Below, piece by piece: positions 52,282 to 62,964 of a DNA stretch of 64,000 nucleotides. Positions within the stretch are counted from its first letter, which is position 1. Every line of letters begins with the position of its first letter. Below the pieces are notes generated by a model, which worked only from the letters and a program-made list of their open reading frames with translations, did not search any database and was not told the DNA's origin. The DNA comes from Mobula hypostoma (lineage: Eukaryota), in NCBI RefSeq assembly GCF_963921235.1, contig NC_086108.1, positions 63,862,001-63,926,000 on the forward strand, given 5' to 3'. Both the position numbers and the translations under genes were made by a program.

Positions 52282-54085
52282 CTGTAATGCAAAATTAGGA
52301 CAAAATTTCTGAATCAAGTAAACTTTCTCCACATTATAATTGTACATTTTCTTAGTTCTAGATCTTATATACATAAGGAGGCATATATCTAATTTTCAAT
52401 CATACAACCTGATTTTTGGATTTACTGTCCTGAAATTCTAGAATGAATTAGACATTTGAGTCAATTTGTGAAGGATTTTTTTTATAAATGCCTTCTATGA
52501 CAAAGTATTTCAAGTAATTGTTATCATTGACTCAGCTTTGCAAATTGAGAATTCATCACAGTTTCACCGGGCCCTATTTCTCTCCCATCCTGATATCACT
52601 TACGAACTTCACAAAAGGTAGCACAACTACATAACAAACAATCGGCTGGAGGATCTCTGTGGGTTAAGCAGTATCAGTGGGAGCTTCGGGTTAAAACCCA
52701 AGATTTCAAAACTCAGGGATTTGATCTAAATGTCAAAAATGCCTTCCCTTCCATAGGTGCTACTCAACCTACTAAGTTCCTACTGCAGAATGTTTACTGC
52801 TGCTTATAAAGTGTTTCTGACATAAAATACAACATGTGGATTTTCCATCTTCTATTCACACTATTCCAAGGGATACTTAATGAGGATCTCAGTATGGATG
52901 AGGACAGATGTGATTGATAACTATGTTGGCACATAAGGAAAATTATCTTGAAGTTTTGCAAAAAATTCTGTCAATTCTCAATCAATGTGATGCAAATCTA
53001 AAACTTATTGTAGACAAGATATAATCCATTGACTAACTGTTGGATAAACCATACTAAATTACTGTTAAATCCAAAAGATGAAACCAGGAAAGAAATGGGA
53101 TAGAAGAAATCACATTAATTGATAAATATTTATTTCATGAATTTGTTGCATTAAATATCAATATTTATTATTATCACCAAAACCATCTGACAATTCAATA
53201 CAGTAACAACCAGAGGAAAAGGTTGTATTTATCTTCTATATACCTCCATTCTGCTGATTCATACAGCCCATTTCTCCTGTACTGTGCTGTATTTTTTCTA
53301 CCCCAATTCCTTTATCTCAACATCAAGCAATAAATCCTGGAATTTTATTCATAAATTACAATCAGTGCCATTCATATTTCCTCCATAGTTTGGAAAAAAA
53401 AAATCTGCTGGAAGTAGTCAGCACCCATTCTGGATTTATTATGCCTTGCAATAAATTAACCAGCGTTCCACTATCTGCACATACAGGCAGTTCTTCGAGT
53501 CATCCCCAGAAAATAAGCTGGGACCATTGTTCACAAATCACCAACTCATATATTTTGAGAGATTCTAAGTTGATATATAAACATGTTTAATTCATTAAGT
53601 AACTTCTTCTAGCTTCCTAAACTAACCTGAAAAGTTATTTGCAATTATTTAAAATCAAGTTATTCATAGGCAGCAATTAATAGTTAACTTAAAAGATTCA
53701 AGATTGTTTGTTCTCATTCTTCAGTGCATGAGTGTAAAGAGGGAAAATTGTTTTAAGATAACCTCTTTTAATAAGATTTATCATTTTGACCACAGTATCT
53801 CATTGAACTCAAATGATGTATATTTTTTAAAAAATTATTGTGAAGAATTTTGAATGCTGGGAAGAGCGAAGTACTGTATATTTCACAATAGATGCAATTT
53901 AGGGGGGAAAAAAACTTGAACCATGACTTTCAATTTCATCCAAAGCAGAAACCCAGCCCCATTAAACTAGGAGATTAAAATGAACAACAAAGCTTCTCTG
54001 CAACACTGTGAAAATCATCCATCGCATTCAAAGAAAGGAACATGTTGAATGGAATAGACTAAGTATAAAGAATGGGATAGCGTAC

Positions 54086-54282
54086 CTCTGCTGATTTGAA
54101 GAAAAACAGGGTTTGGTTATTATAAACATCAGTTCATTCTCCGGGGACTCTGTGTCTATGAAGTGTAGATGAGCTTTGGTAATGTGTTTGATATCAGTTT
54201 CTTTCACTACCAAGTAACGTGTTGCACCATCAACTTCTTTTGGCAACTGGTCCTTAACTGCAGTCACATGAATAAATGCCAT
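54086..54282 (-). CDS. FREM1: FREM1-family exon (197 nt): MAFIHVTAVKDQLPKEVDGATRYLVVKETDIKHITKAHLHFIDTESPENELMFIITKPCFSSNQQ(R)
   Basis: Acceptor TTTTCCAG|ATG; donor AG|GTACG. Resembles FREM1 'DQLPKE..RHLVVKETEV..ITK..LHFIDSES'. Confidence 0.93.
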
Positions 54283-54435
54283 CTGGAAAATTAGAAAATG
54301 ACATAAGAAGCTTGATATTGCTTTGTGGGCAACTGATAATAAAATATGTCCTCCAAAAAAAACAAGTGGTATTTGGCTCTGTAGCACCCATTGTTGGCAT
54401 TGTACTGTAACTGAATTGCATGGGTTACACATTTA

Positions 54436-54747
54436 AAGGCATCCGTTAGTCTTGCTGTTAGTCCATGGATCTGCGCCTGGAAAGTCTTCACTCTCCAGGG
54501 TGCAGGCCTGGGCAAGGTTGTATGGAAGACCAGCAGTTGCCCATGCTGCAAGTCTCCCCTCTCCACAACACCAATGTTGTCCAAGGGAAGGGCATTAGGA
54601 CCCATACAGCTTGGCACTAGTGTCATTGCAGAGCAATGTGTGATTAAGTGCCTTGCTCAAAGACACAACACATTGCCTTGGATGGGGCTCGATCCCATGA
54701 CCTTCAGGTCGCTAGTCCAATGCCTTAACCACTTGGCCACGTGCCCA
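54436..54747 (-). mobile_element. Full-length tRNA-derived SINE with CORE-like middle and probable RTE-type 3' end, 17-bp TSD
   Basis: A box TGGCCAAGTGG; B box GATCGAGCC; GTGTCTTTGAGCAAGGCACTTAATC; TSD CATGGGTT(A/G)CACATTTA at 54419-54435 / 54748-54764. Confidence 0.8.
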
Positions 54748-54999
54748 CATGGGTTGCACATTTATAGCATAACTTACACAATCTCTTCTGCTGTAAAGTA
54801 CAGTATGACCATGTCGAGTAGACAGACTGTGATTTGATCCCTTGGTACCAAAATAAATCTCAGTTTAGTAGCCAGCTTTGCATTAAGATTACAAGCAAGA
54901 GCTGGTAGTTGGAAGCAGAAATAAGATCACTGATGTTCCATGAATATATTAAGGGTAAAGGAATAATGTTGGTGGGGGCGGGGGGAGAAGTTGGACCCA

Positions 55000-57900
55000 T
55001 TAGGAACAATGTAGACAATCTGTGCAAGAAGCCAAAAGGTATAGGTAAGGTTATCATCAGTATTCACAAAGGAAACAGACTTTGTAATTGGAGAATTTGG
55101 TGATGGAGTAGGTGAAAGTCTAATGTAGGTCTTTCTCAATAAAAGGAGATACTCCCATGTCTTAGAGATGGAAGGATAGAGAGGGGAAGAGATTGCTGAG
55201 GCTCTGGCTGAGATTTTTATATCTTCATTGGACACAAGCGAGGTAACAAATGACTTAAAGACAATGAATTTTGTCTCCCCCTTTCAAGAACGGCAGCAGG
55301 AAAAGGCCTCATAACTATAAACCTGTGAGTCTACCGCCTGTGGTAGCAAAGATGCAGGAAAATATTTTGAGGAAGAGGATTAATGACCATTTGGAAAGGT
55401 ATGGACTAATCAGAGTCAACATTATATTGTTAGGGACAGATATTGCCTTTGAAGAGGTAACAAAGTGTATTGATGAGGGCAAAGGCATAGATATAATCTA
55501 CATGATCGCGGGTAAGGCCTTTCACAAGGACTCACAGGGAAACTGGTTCAAAAGCTTTGGGACCATGGAATCCAGGGGAAGTTGGCAAACTGGACCAAAA
55601 ATTGTATTGACAATAGGAGAGTAATGGTAGACACGAAGATTGGTGGAGTCATTAAAAGAGCAGAAGCTTGTCAGGCTGCGGAGAGATATTGATATGTGAT
55701 GACATGAATTGAAAATGGCAGGTGTAGATTAATCCAGAGAAATCTAAGGTGATGCGTTATGGGAGCACCAGTGTGCCTAGGACATACACCATGAATGATG
55801 AAGTCTTAGGGAGTATTGTGAAATCAATGGACCTTGGAGTACAAGTTCAAAGACCTGTAAAAATGGGAACAGAATAAGATAATGTGATTAGAAAGACATA
55901 TGGGTTACTGCATACTAAAGTAGGCAGATTATACTCCAATTTTTTCTCATTACATCAGGGGTCTGTATTGGAACTGCTTCTTAACATGCTATTTGTCAAT
56001 GATTTGGGTGATGGAATTAATGGCTTTGTGGCCAAATTTTCAGACAATACCAAGATAGGTGGAGGGGACAGGTGACATTGAGGAAGCAGGGTGTCTGCAA
56101 AAGGACTTGGACAGAATTGGAGAATGGGCAAAGAAGTGGCAGATGGAATATAGTGCAGGGAAGTGCTTGGTCATGCACTTTGGTGGAAGAAATAAAGGCG
56201 AATACTACTTTCTAAGTGGGCAGAAAATTCAAAAATCAGAAGTGCAAAGGGATATGGGAGTCCTTATACAGGATTCCCTAAAGGGTAAATTGCAGGTTGA
56301 GTTAGTGGTAAGGAAGGCAAATGCAACGTCAGCATTCATTTTGGGAAGATTACAATACTAAAGCAAGGATGGCTTTATAAGACCATAAGACATAGGAGCA
56401 GAATTAGGCCATTTTACCCATCAGATCTGCTTTGCCCTTTCACCATGGCTGATCCTATTTTCCTCTCTGCCCTAATCTCTTAACTTCTCCACATATTCCT
56501 TCCTACCCTGACCAATAAAGAATCAATCAACCTCTGTCTTAAATATACATAAAGACTCCATCTCTACAGCTGCCTGCGGCAAAGAATTACACAGGTTCAC
56601 CACATTCTGGCTAAAGAAATTCCTGCTCATCTCCGTTCTAAATGGACACTCCTCTATTTTGAAGCTGTGTCCTCTTGACTCTTGCACCATAGGAAACATC
56701 CTCCTGACATTCACTCTATCAAGCCCTTTCACCATTTGATAGGGTTCAATGGGGTCACTCCTCATTCTTCTGAATTCTAGTGAATACAGTCCCAGAGCCA
56801 AATGCTCTACATACGACAAGTCATTCAATCCTGGAATTATTTTTGTGAACCTCCTTTGAACCGTCTCCAGTTTCAGCACATCCTTTCTAAGATAAGGGGC
56901 CCAAAACTACTTACAATACTCCAAGTGAGGTCAGTGCTTTATGAAGTTTCAACATAACATGCCTGCTTTTATATTCTAGTCCTCTTGAAATGAATGCTAA
57001 CATTGTATTTGCCTTCCTCACCACAGACTCAACTTGCAAATTAACCTTTAGGGAATCCTGCACAAGGACTCCCAAGTCCCTTTGTACCTCAGCTTTTTTG
57101 TATTTTCTCTCCATTTAGAAAATAGTCAACCCTTTCATTTCTTTTACCAAAGTGCACGACCATACACCTTCCGACACAGTATTCCATCTACTATTTCTTT
57201 GCCCATTCTCCTAACCTGTCTAAATCCTTCTGTAGCTCCACTATTTCCTCAAAACTACCTGCCCCTCCACCTATCTTCATATCATCTGCAAACATTTCAA
57301 CAAAGCCATCAATTCCATCATCCAAATCATTGACATATAATGCAAAAAGAATCAGTCCCAACACAGACCCTGTGGAGCATCAATAGTCACTGCAGCCTGA
57401 AGAAAAAGCTCCAGTCTTTGCTGTGCCAACCAGTTACTGCTTTAGCTATGCTAGAATCTTTCCTGTAATACCGTGACCTCACAGCTTGCTAAGCAGCCTC
57501 ATGCACGGCACCTTGTCAAAGGCCTACTGAAAATCCAAGTACACAACATCAACCGATTCTCCTTTGTCTATCCTGTTTGTTATTTCTTGAAAGAATTCTA
57601 ACCGATTTATCAAGCAAGATCTTCTCTTGATGAAATCATGCCTATTTTATCAGGTGCCCTGAGACCTTATCCTTAATAATCGACTCCAGTATCCTCCCAA
57701 CCACTGAGGTCAGACTAACTGGCCTATAGTTTTCTTTTTCTGCCTCTCTCCCTTCTTGAAGAGTGGAGTGACATTATAAGGACTGGTTGGATCACAATTA
57801 GAATATTGTGAGCAATTTTGGGCCCCTTATCTAAGAAAAGATGTGCTGGTATTGGAGAGAGTCCAGAGGAGATTCACAAGAATGATCACAGAAATGAAAG

Positions 57901-58340
57901 GGTTAACGTATGAGGAGCATTTGATAGATGTGGGCCTGTATTTGCTGGAGATTAGAAGAAAGTGGAAGGATCATATTGAAACCTATCGAATATTGAAAGG
58001 TCTAGATAGAGTGGATGCGGAATGATTGTTCCCTAAGGTTAAGGAGTCTAGGGCCAGAGGGCACAAGCTTAGAATTGAGGGACACTGATTTAGAATAGAG
58101 ATGAGGAAAATTTCTTCAGTCGGAGTGTGGTGAACCTATAGAATTCATTGCCACGGACAGCTATGCAGGCCAAGACAATGGGGTATATTTAAAGCAGAGA
58201 TTGATTGGTTCATTAAAGTTTATAGGGACAAGGCAAGAGAATTGGGTTTACCCGGATAATAAATCAGCCATGATGAAATGCTAGAGCAGCCTGAATGGGC
58301 TGAATGGCCTAATTCTGCTCCCATGTCTTATGGTGTAAGT
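55000..58340 (+). mobile_element. Mosaic of decayed CR1 copies hosting a nested antisense CR1
   Basis: [46 protein letters not shown]; 3' UTR at about 58330. Confidence 0.82.
56382..57773 (-). mobile_element. CR1 nested antisense in CR1, 7-bp TSD TTATAAG
   Basis: TSD at 56375-56381 / 57774-57780; the host reads through when the insert is removed. Confidence 0.88.
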
Positions 58341-58571
58341 CTTATGTTGATCGTTTTACAGAACCTGAGGCAACTCGGGCAGTGAGTGCTTTTGCTGAAA
58401 GACCTTGAGTATATTGATTTCAGGCTTTAAAGTGTTCCTCGTGACAAAGGTGCTTGAGTGCATTTCCATTTAGTTCAGGAAGATAGAGAGAATGAAGGTG
58501 AGCATACAAAATTTAGCAACCTGGCAGAAGAGGGAGGAGGAGGGTAAGAAGGCAGAATTCTAATGAGTCTA

Positions 58572-58917
58572 CCAGGAGTGATTAGTAAGTTTGTGGCCTA
58601 AGAAAGAAGGAGATGAGTTATACAGCTCTCGTTACATGCACATGCAGGTCAACTCTTTGAGTGATTATGCAGAAAGTTTGAAGTTAGTACTGTAACTCAT
58701 TAGGGATGATTGATAAGTTCATGGCCTAAGGTAGAAGGAGATGAGTTATTAACTTCAAACTTTCTGCATAATCACTCAAATCACCCATCCATATGCTCCA
58801 CGACTGCTGGACTAAGTGTGTAAATGTAGAAGAGGACTATGTTGAAAAATAAATGTGGTAGGTTTTCTAAAATTGACTTCTTCTACCTCAGGCCACGAAC
58901 TTATCAATCACCCCTCA
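58572..58917. mobile_element. Mariner-like MITE with TA TSD and an extra internal TIR
   Basis: TA|CCAGGAGTGATTAGTAAGTTTGTGGCCTAAG ... CTCAGGCCACGAACTTATCAATCACCCCTCA|TA; internal TIR copy at 58701-58740. Confidence 0.75.
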
Positions 58918-59754
58918 TATTTAAGAAGTCTATTTTGTGCACTCAGCAAGCAATATGTCTATGTAGTCTGTATTTCACAGGAAAAATGCTAATAGAGATT
59001 TGCCAATTTTCATTGATACAACTGTAGTAGCAGAGAAGGAATAGAAATTCCTCTTTTACACTATTTCTTTAATTATTTTTACTGAAACTTATCATCATTT
59101 TTGTAATGATTTTCACTGCACTTCTGTAACAAAACAACAAATGTCATGACATATCAATGATAATAACCTGTGCCAGAATGAGGAGATCAGAAACAGGTTA
59201 TTATTACTGATGTGTCATGACATTTGTTGTTTTGTTACAGCAGTGCAGTGAAAAATATTTTTAAAATGACAATAAGTTTCAATAAAAATAATTAAAGAAA
59301 CGGTGCAGAGAGCAAATGCATTTGTTAGGATTCCAGGTTTTCTAACACTGCAGGATGTCATTTGAATTCACCTGCTTCTCACTAAGGACTTCACACTTGG
59401 ACGTTATGATTGTTCTACTGACCTGCACTCCCTAAATGTAGAGCTGATCTATGATCCAAGTGATCACTGTTGAATGCCCTAATTTTATATTGCGTTAGTA
59501 TGCTTTGCCTCTGTCTTTGAATCACCATGCCTGCCCAAAGAGTTCTGGACAAAAGAAGACGCTCCAAGCACTGAATCCTGACTCCAATGTCTAATCCGTG
59601 CACGAGCACAATCTACCTTCGTCGAGACCTACCCTGCTATCTGTAACCTCTTTGAGCAAATCATTGATATAGTTTAACAGGAGTGCCATTTCTTGGCTAC
59701 TCTGGAGGCACATTGCAGTAAAGACAATAACAAATCTCATCTTTTATGGAGTTA

Positions 59755-59940
59755 CAAAAGAGACTGCAGATGCTGGAAATCTGAAACAACATACAAAATG
59801 CTGGAGGAACCTTGCATGTCAGGCAGCATCTATGGTGGGAATCATAGGACCAGTCCTGATGAAGGTTCTTGGCCCGAAATGTTGACTGGTCATCTCCCTC
59901 CATAGATGCTACCTAACCAGCATTTTGTGTACGTTGCTCC
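59755..59940. mobile_element. Palindromic Penelope pLTR derivative
   Basis: Same arms as the other copies, with a central hammerhead motif. Confidence 0.75.
59848..59891 (+). ncRNA. Putative minimal type-I hammerhead ribozyme motif (Penelope-derived)
   Basis: Stem I GACCAGTC/GACTGGTC (8 bp); CTGATGA at 59856-59862; imperfect stem II; GAAA at 59876-59879; GUU triplet at 59881-59883. Activity unknown. Confidence 0.55.
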
Positions 59941-60164
59941 ACTTTCCTGTCTGTTGCTGTACAATAGGAGCCTTTTCATAGTCCTGCTGTCTGTGATTAT
60001 CGAATTAAAAGGTGAGTATAACAACTTCTCAGAATGTCATTATACCCATTTTGTTTGTCTAGTTCATTGGAATTAAAGACAAAATTAAATCATCATTCCA
60101 ACCACATTTATGATACAAACCATACAATTATTGAGGAATTAGCTCAAACAGTACACTTGGTAAC

Positions 60165-60790
60165 AAAAGAACATAAAGCATGAAGCAGAAGTAGGCCATC
60201 CAACCATTTGAAATTGCTCTGCCGTTCATCAAGATCATCGCTAACCTTCTATCCCAGCACCATTTTCCTGCAATATCCTCATATCAGTCAATTACTTTAA
60301 AATTCTGAGTTATCAATCTCTGCGACAAACCTCTACACCTCTCCAAGGTAAGGAACTCCAGAGATTCATTGATTCTGAGTAACGAGGTTTCTTCAATTCT
60401 CAGCCCGAAGTGGCCCACCCAGTTCTGAGACCATGACTACCACCCCGCTACATCTGGACTCATCAGCCAGGGAAACAAACTCCTTGCATTCACCCTGCTG
60501 GGTTCTCTAAGAGTTTTTTTAAGTTTCAATGAGATTACCTATCATTCTTCCAGACCCTGGATGATGGAGGCCTAGTCTACTCTACTCTACTAATCTAATC
60601 TACCAACTGTGACAAACCTGTTACCCCAGGCACCAGGTGAGTGAAATACTATTGCGCTTCCACTAATGCAAGTAACCCTCTTTCAGGTAAGGAATGCAAT
60701 ACCCTGGGTGCAAAGCCCTGCTTAGCACCAGTATGAACTCTTTAATCTTATTCTTAAATCTTCTCACAATAAATCTAAACACTATTTATT
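60165..60790 (-). mobile_element. Very old CR1 3' fragment
   Basis: Degenerate similarity to the other CR1 3' ends (AAGAACATAAAG...AGCAGAAGTAGGCCAT; GTTTCAATGAGATTACC). Confidence 0.6.
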
Positions 60791-61816
60791 TTTGCAATGC
60801 AAGTCTTGAGTTGTTTTTGACTCTTCTTCAATGGGGCAGCTAACTTGAAAAGGAATGAAATGTCTGGTGCATGGACACAACACAGGAAAGCACAGAGTGG
60901 GACGTTGTGCCGGAGTATTAGGGCATGCTTTCAACCTATGGAGAACTGGCAACAGGGCTATGTTTCCTGTTGCCCTGGTTACAGGTCAACATGCTCCGCA
61001 GCTTGAGTATTTGCTGATCCCGCAAGTGAACTATGCTTCCAGTAGTCAGGGTGCCAGTAACAGAGCTGGTGACTGCAAGTGTGAGATTCAGGAATGCAGG
61101 TCTTTCTTTTGAATCATGCTGCATAGCAGAAGAAACCTGTTCAGCTGGGGAGTTCCAAAGTGTAAGAAATTGAAAAGAATAAGGGGATAGCCCAGTGAGA
61201 AGTTTTTGCCTACACCTGCGCATTGCAAATCAGTTTGGGTCGATGATGAAGTCGAGATTAAGAGTGCAGATACTTCAATAGTCTTGTTATTGCCATTGAT
61301 AACAGAAAATGATACAGCTGTCTAGTGTTAATCAGCATCCTTCTCACTAGGTGTGTAGATGAAACAACTGCATGTTTGTTTACCACTGCAAGTTATACAC
61401 CATTCTGTCCACAAAAAAAAGAGCAAGGCAAGTTAGTGAAGTGCACATGACAATTGGAACAAGTGATTTTCTATATAAGCTATGAGTTTTGCATATCAAG
61501 CTTAAACATTCAAAGGTGCAATGGAACAGGTGACACTTAGCCCTGAATACTGATGACCTTTAATGTTGAGCAATGAGTAATAGTAATAATATGCAAAGCT
61601 AGTGGTTCACATAAAAGATGCAATGTTTTCATTGACCTTGACCAAGCGTGCAGTGCAATGAAAATTCTATTGACATCCTGTACTCATTCTCTTGACTTCG
61701 ACTGCACCGTTTCCCCCACCACTGATTCGCTCTGTACCTGGAAGGTTTCTCTGTACCCTACAGGTACAAGAATTCTCTCCTCCTCTACACTTGTTTACCA
61801 AAGCCTTCAAAGTTGC

Positions 61817-62858
61817 ATAGTCATAGTCATAGTCATACTTTATTGATCCCGGGGGAAATTGATTTTTGTTACAGTTGCACCATAAATAATTTAATAGTAA
61901 TAAAACCATAAATAGTTAAATAGTAATATGTAAATTATGAATTAAGTCCAGGACCAGCCTATTGGCTCAGGGTGTCTGACCTTCCAAGGGAGGAGTTGTA
62001 AAGTTTGATGGACACAGGCAGAACTGACTTCCTATGGCACTCTGTGTTGCACCTCAGTGGAACGAGTCTCTGGCTGAATGTACTCCTGTGCCCAACCAGT
62101 ACATTATGTAGTGGATGGGAGACATTGTCCAAGATGGAATGCAACTTAGACAGCATCCTCTTTTCAGACACCACCGTCAGAGAGTCCAGTTCCATCCCCA
62201 CAACATCACTGGCCTTACGAATAAGTTTGTTGATTCTGTTGGTGTCTGCTACCCTCAGCCTGCTGCCCCAGCACACAACAGCATACATGATCGCACTGGC
62301 CACCACAGACTCGTAGAACATCCTCAGCATCATCTGACAGATGTTAAAGGGCCTCAGTCTCCTCAGGAAATAGAGACGGCTCTGACCCTTCTTGTAGACA
62401 GCCTCAGTGTTCTTTGACCAGTCCAGTTTATTGTCAATTCGTATCCCCAGGTATTTGTAATCTTCCACCATGTCCACACTGACCCCTGGATGGAAACAGG
62501 GGTCACCGGTACCTTAGCTCTCCTCAGGTCTATCACCAGCTCCTTAGTCTTTCTCACATTAAGCTGCAGATAATTCTGCTCACACCATGTGACAAAGTTT
62601 CCTACGTAGCCCTGTACTCAGCCTCATCTCCCTTGCTGATGCATCCAACTATGGCAGAGTCATCAGAAAACTGCTGAAGATGACAAGACTCTGTACAGTA
62701 GTTGAAGTCCGAGGTGTAAATGGTGAAGAGAAAGGGAGACAAGACAGTCCCCTGTGGAGCCCCAGTGCTGCTGATTACTCTGTCGGACACACAGTGTTGC
62801 AAGCACACGTACTGTGGTCTGCCAGTCAGGTAATCAAGAATCCATGACACCAGGAAAG
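61817..62858 (-). mobile_element. Young 5'-truncated Rex1/Babar-like LINE with (ATGACT)n tail
   Basis: WILDYLTGRPQYV, GAPQGTVLSPFLFTIYTSDF, FSDDSAIVG, YKYLG..IDNKLDW, QSRLYFLRRLR; AATAAAGT then ATGACT repeats. Confidence 0.88.
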
Positions 62859-62964
62859 ACCAAGGACACCATGAGAAACCAAAGGACTTGATTCTGCGAA
62901 TATTTAGCCTCAAAGTGCTGCAACTTTGGAAATTTCTTCCATCACTTGTCCCAGCCACATAGCA

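Larger units (their letters stand above)
8447..54282 (-). other. FREM1: Partial gene model (7 internal exons) of a FREM1-family gene; the gene extends beyond both window ends
   Basis: Exons 54086-54282, 52191-52281, 23862-24029, 22949-23157, 18987-19080, 15716-15968 and 8447-8641 join with compatible phases (0,2,0,0,2,0,1,1) into a stop-free 1207-nt frame. The peptide is colinear with the CSPG-repeat region of vertebrate FREM1 as I recall it. Confidence 0.92.

Noticed and set aside
54680..54747. tRNA gene
   Set aside because: It is the tRNA-derived head of a TSD-flanked SINE; the same applies to 25530-25604.
59415..59609. Upstream FREM1 exon candidate (minus-strand ORF with a donor-like site)
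   Set aside because: The peptide has no resemblance to FREM1 or CSPG repeats.
61807..62930. 12-bp inverted match flanking the Rex1 element (TTCAAAGTTGCA / TGCAACTTTGGA)
   Set aside because: Short, one mismatch, no TSD; likely chance.
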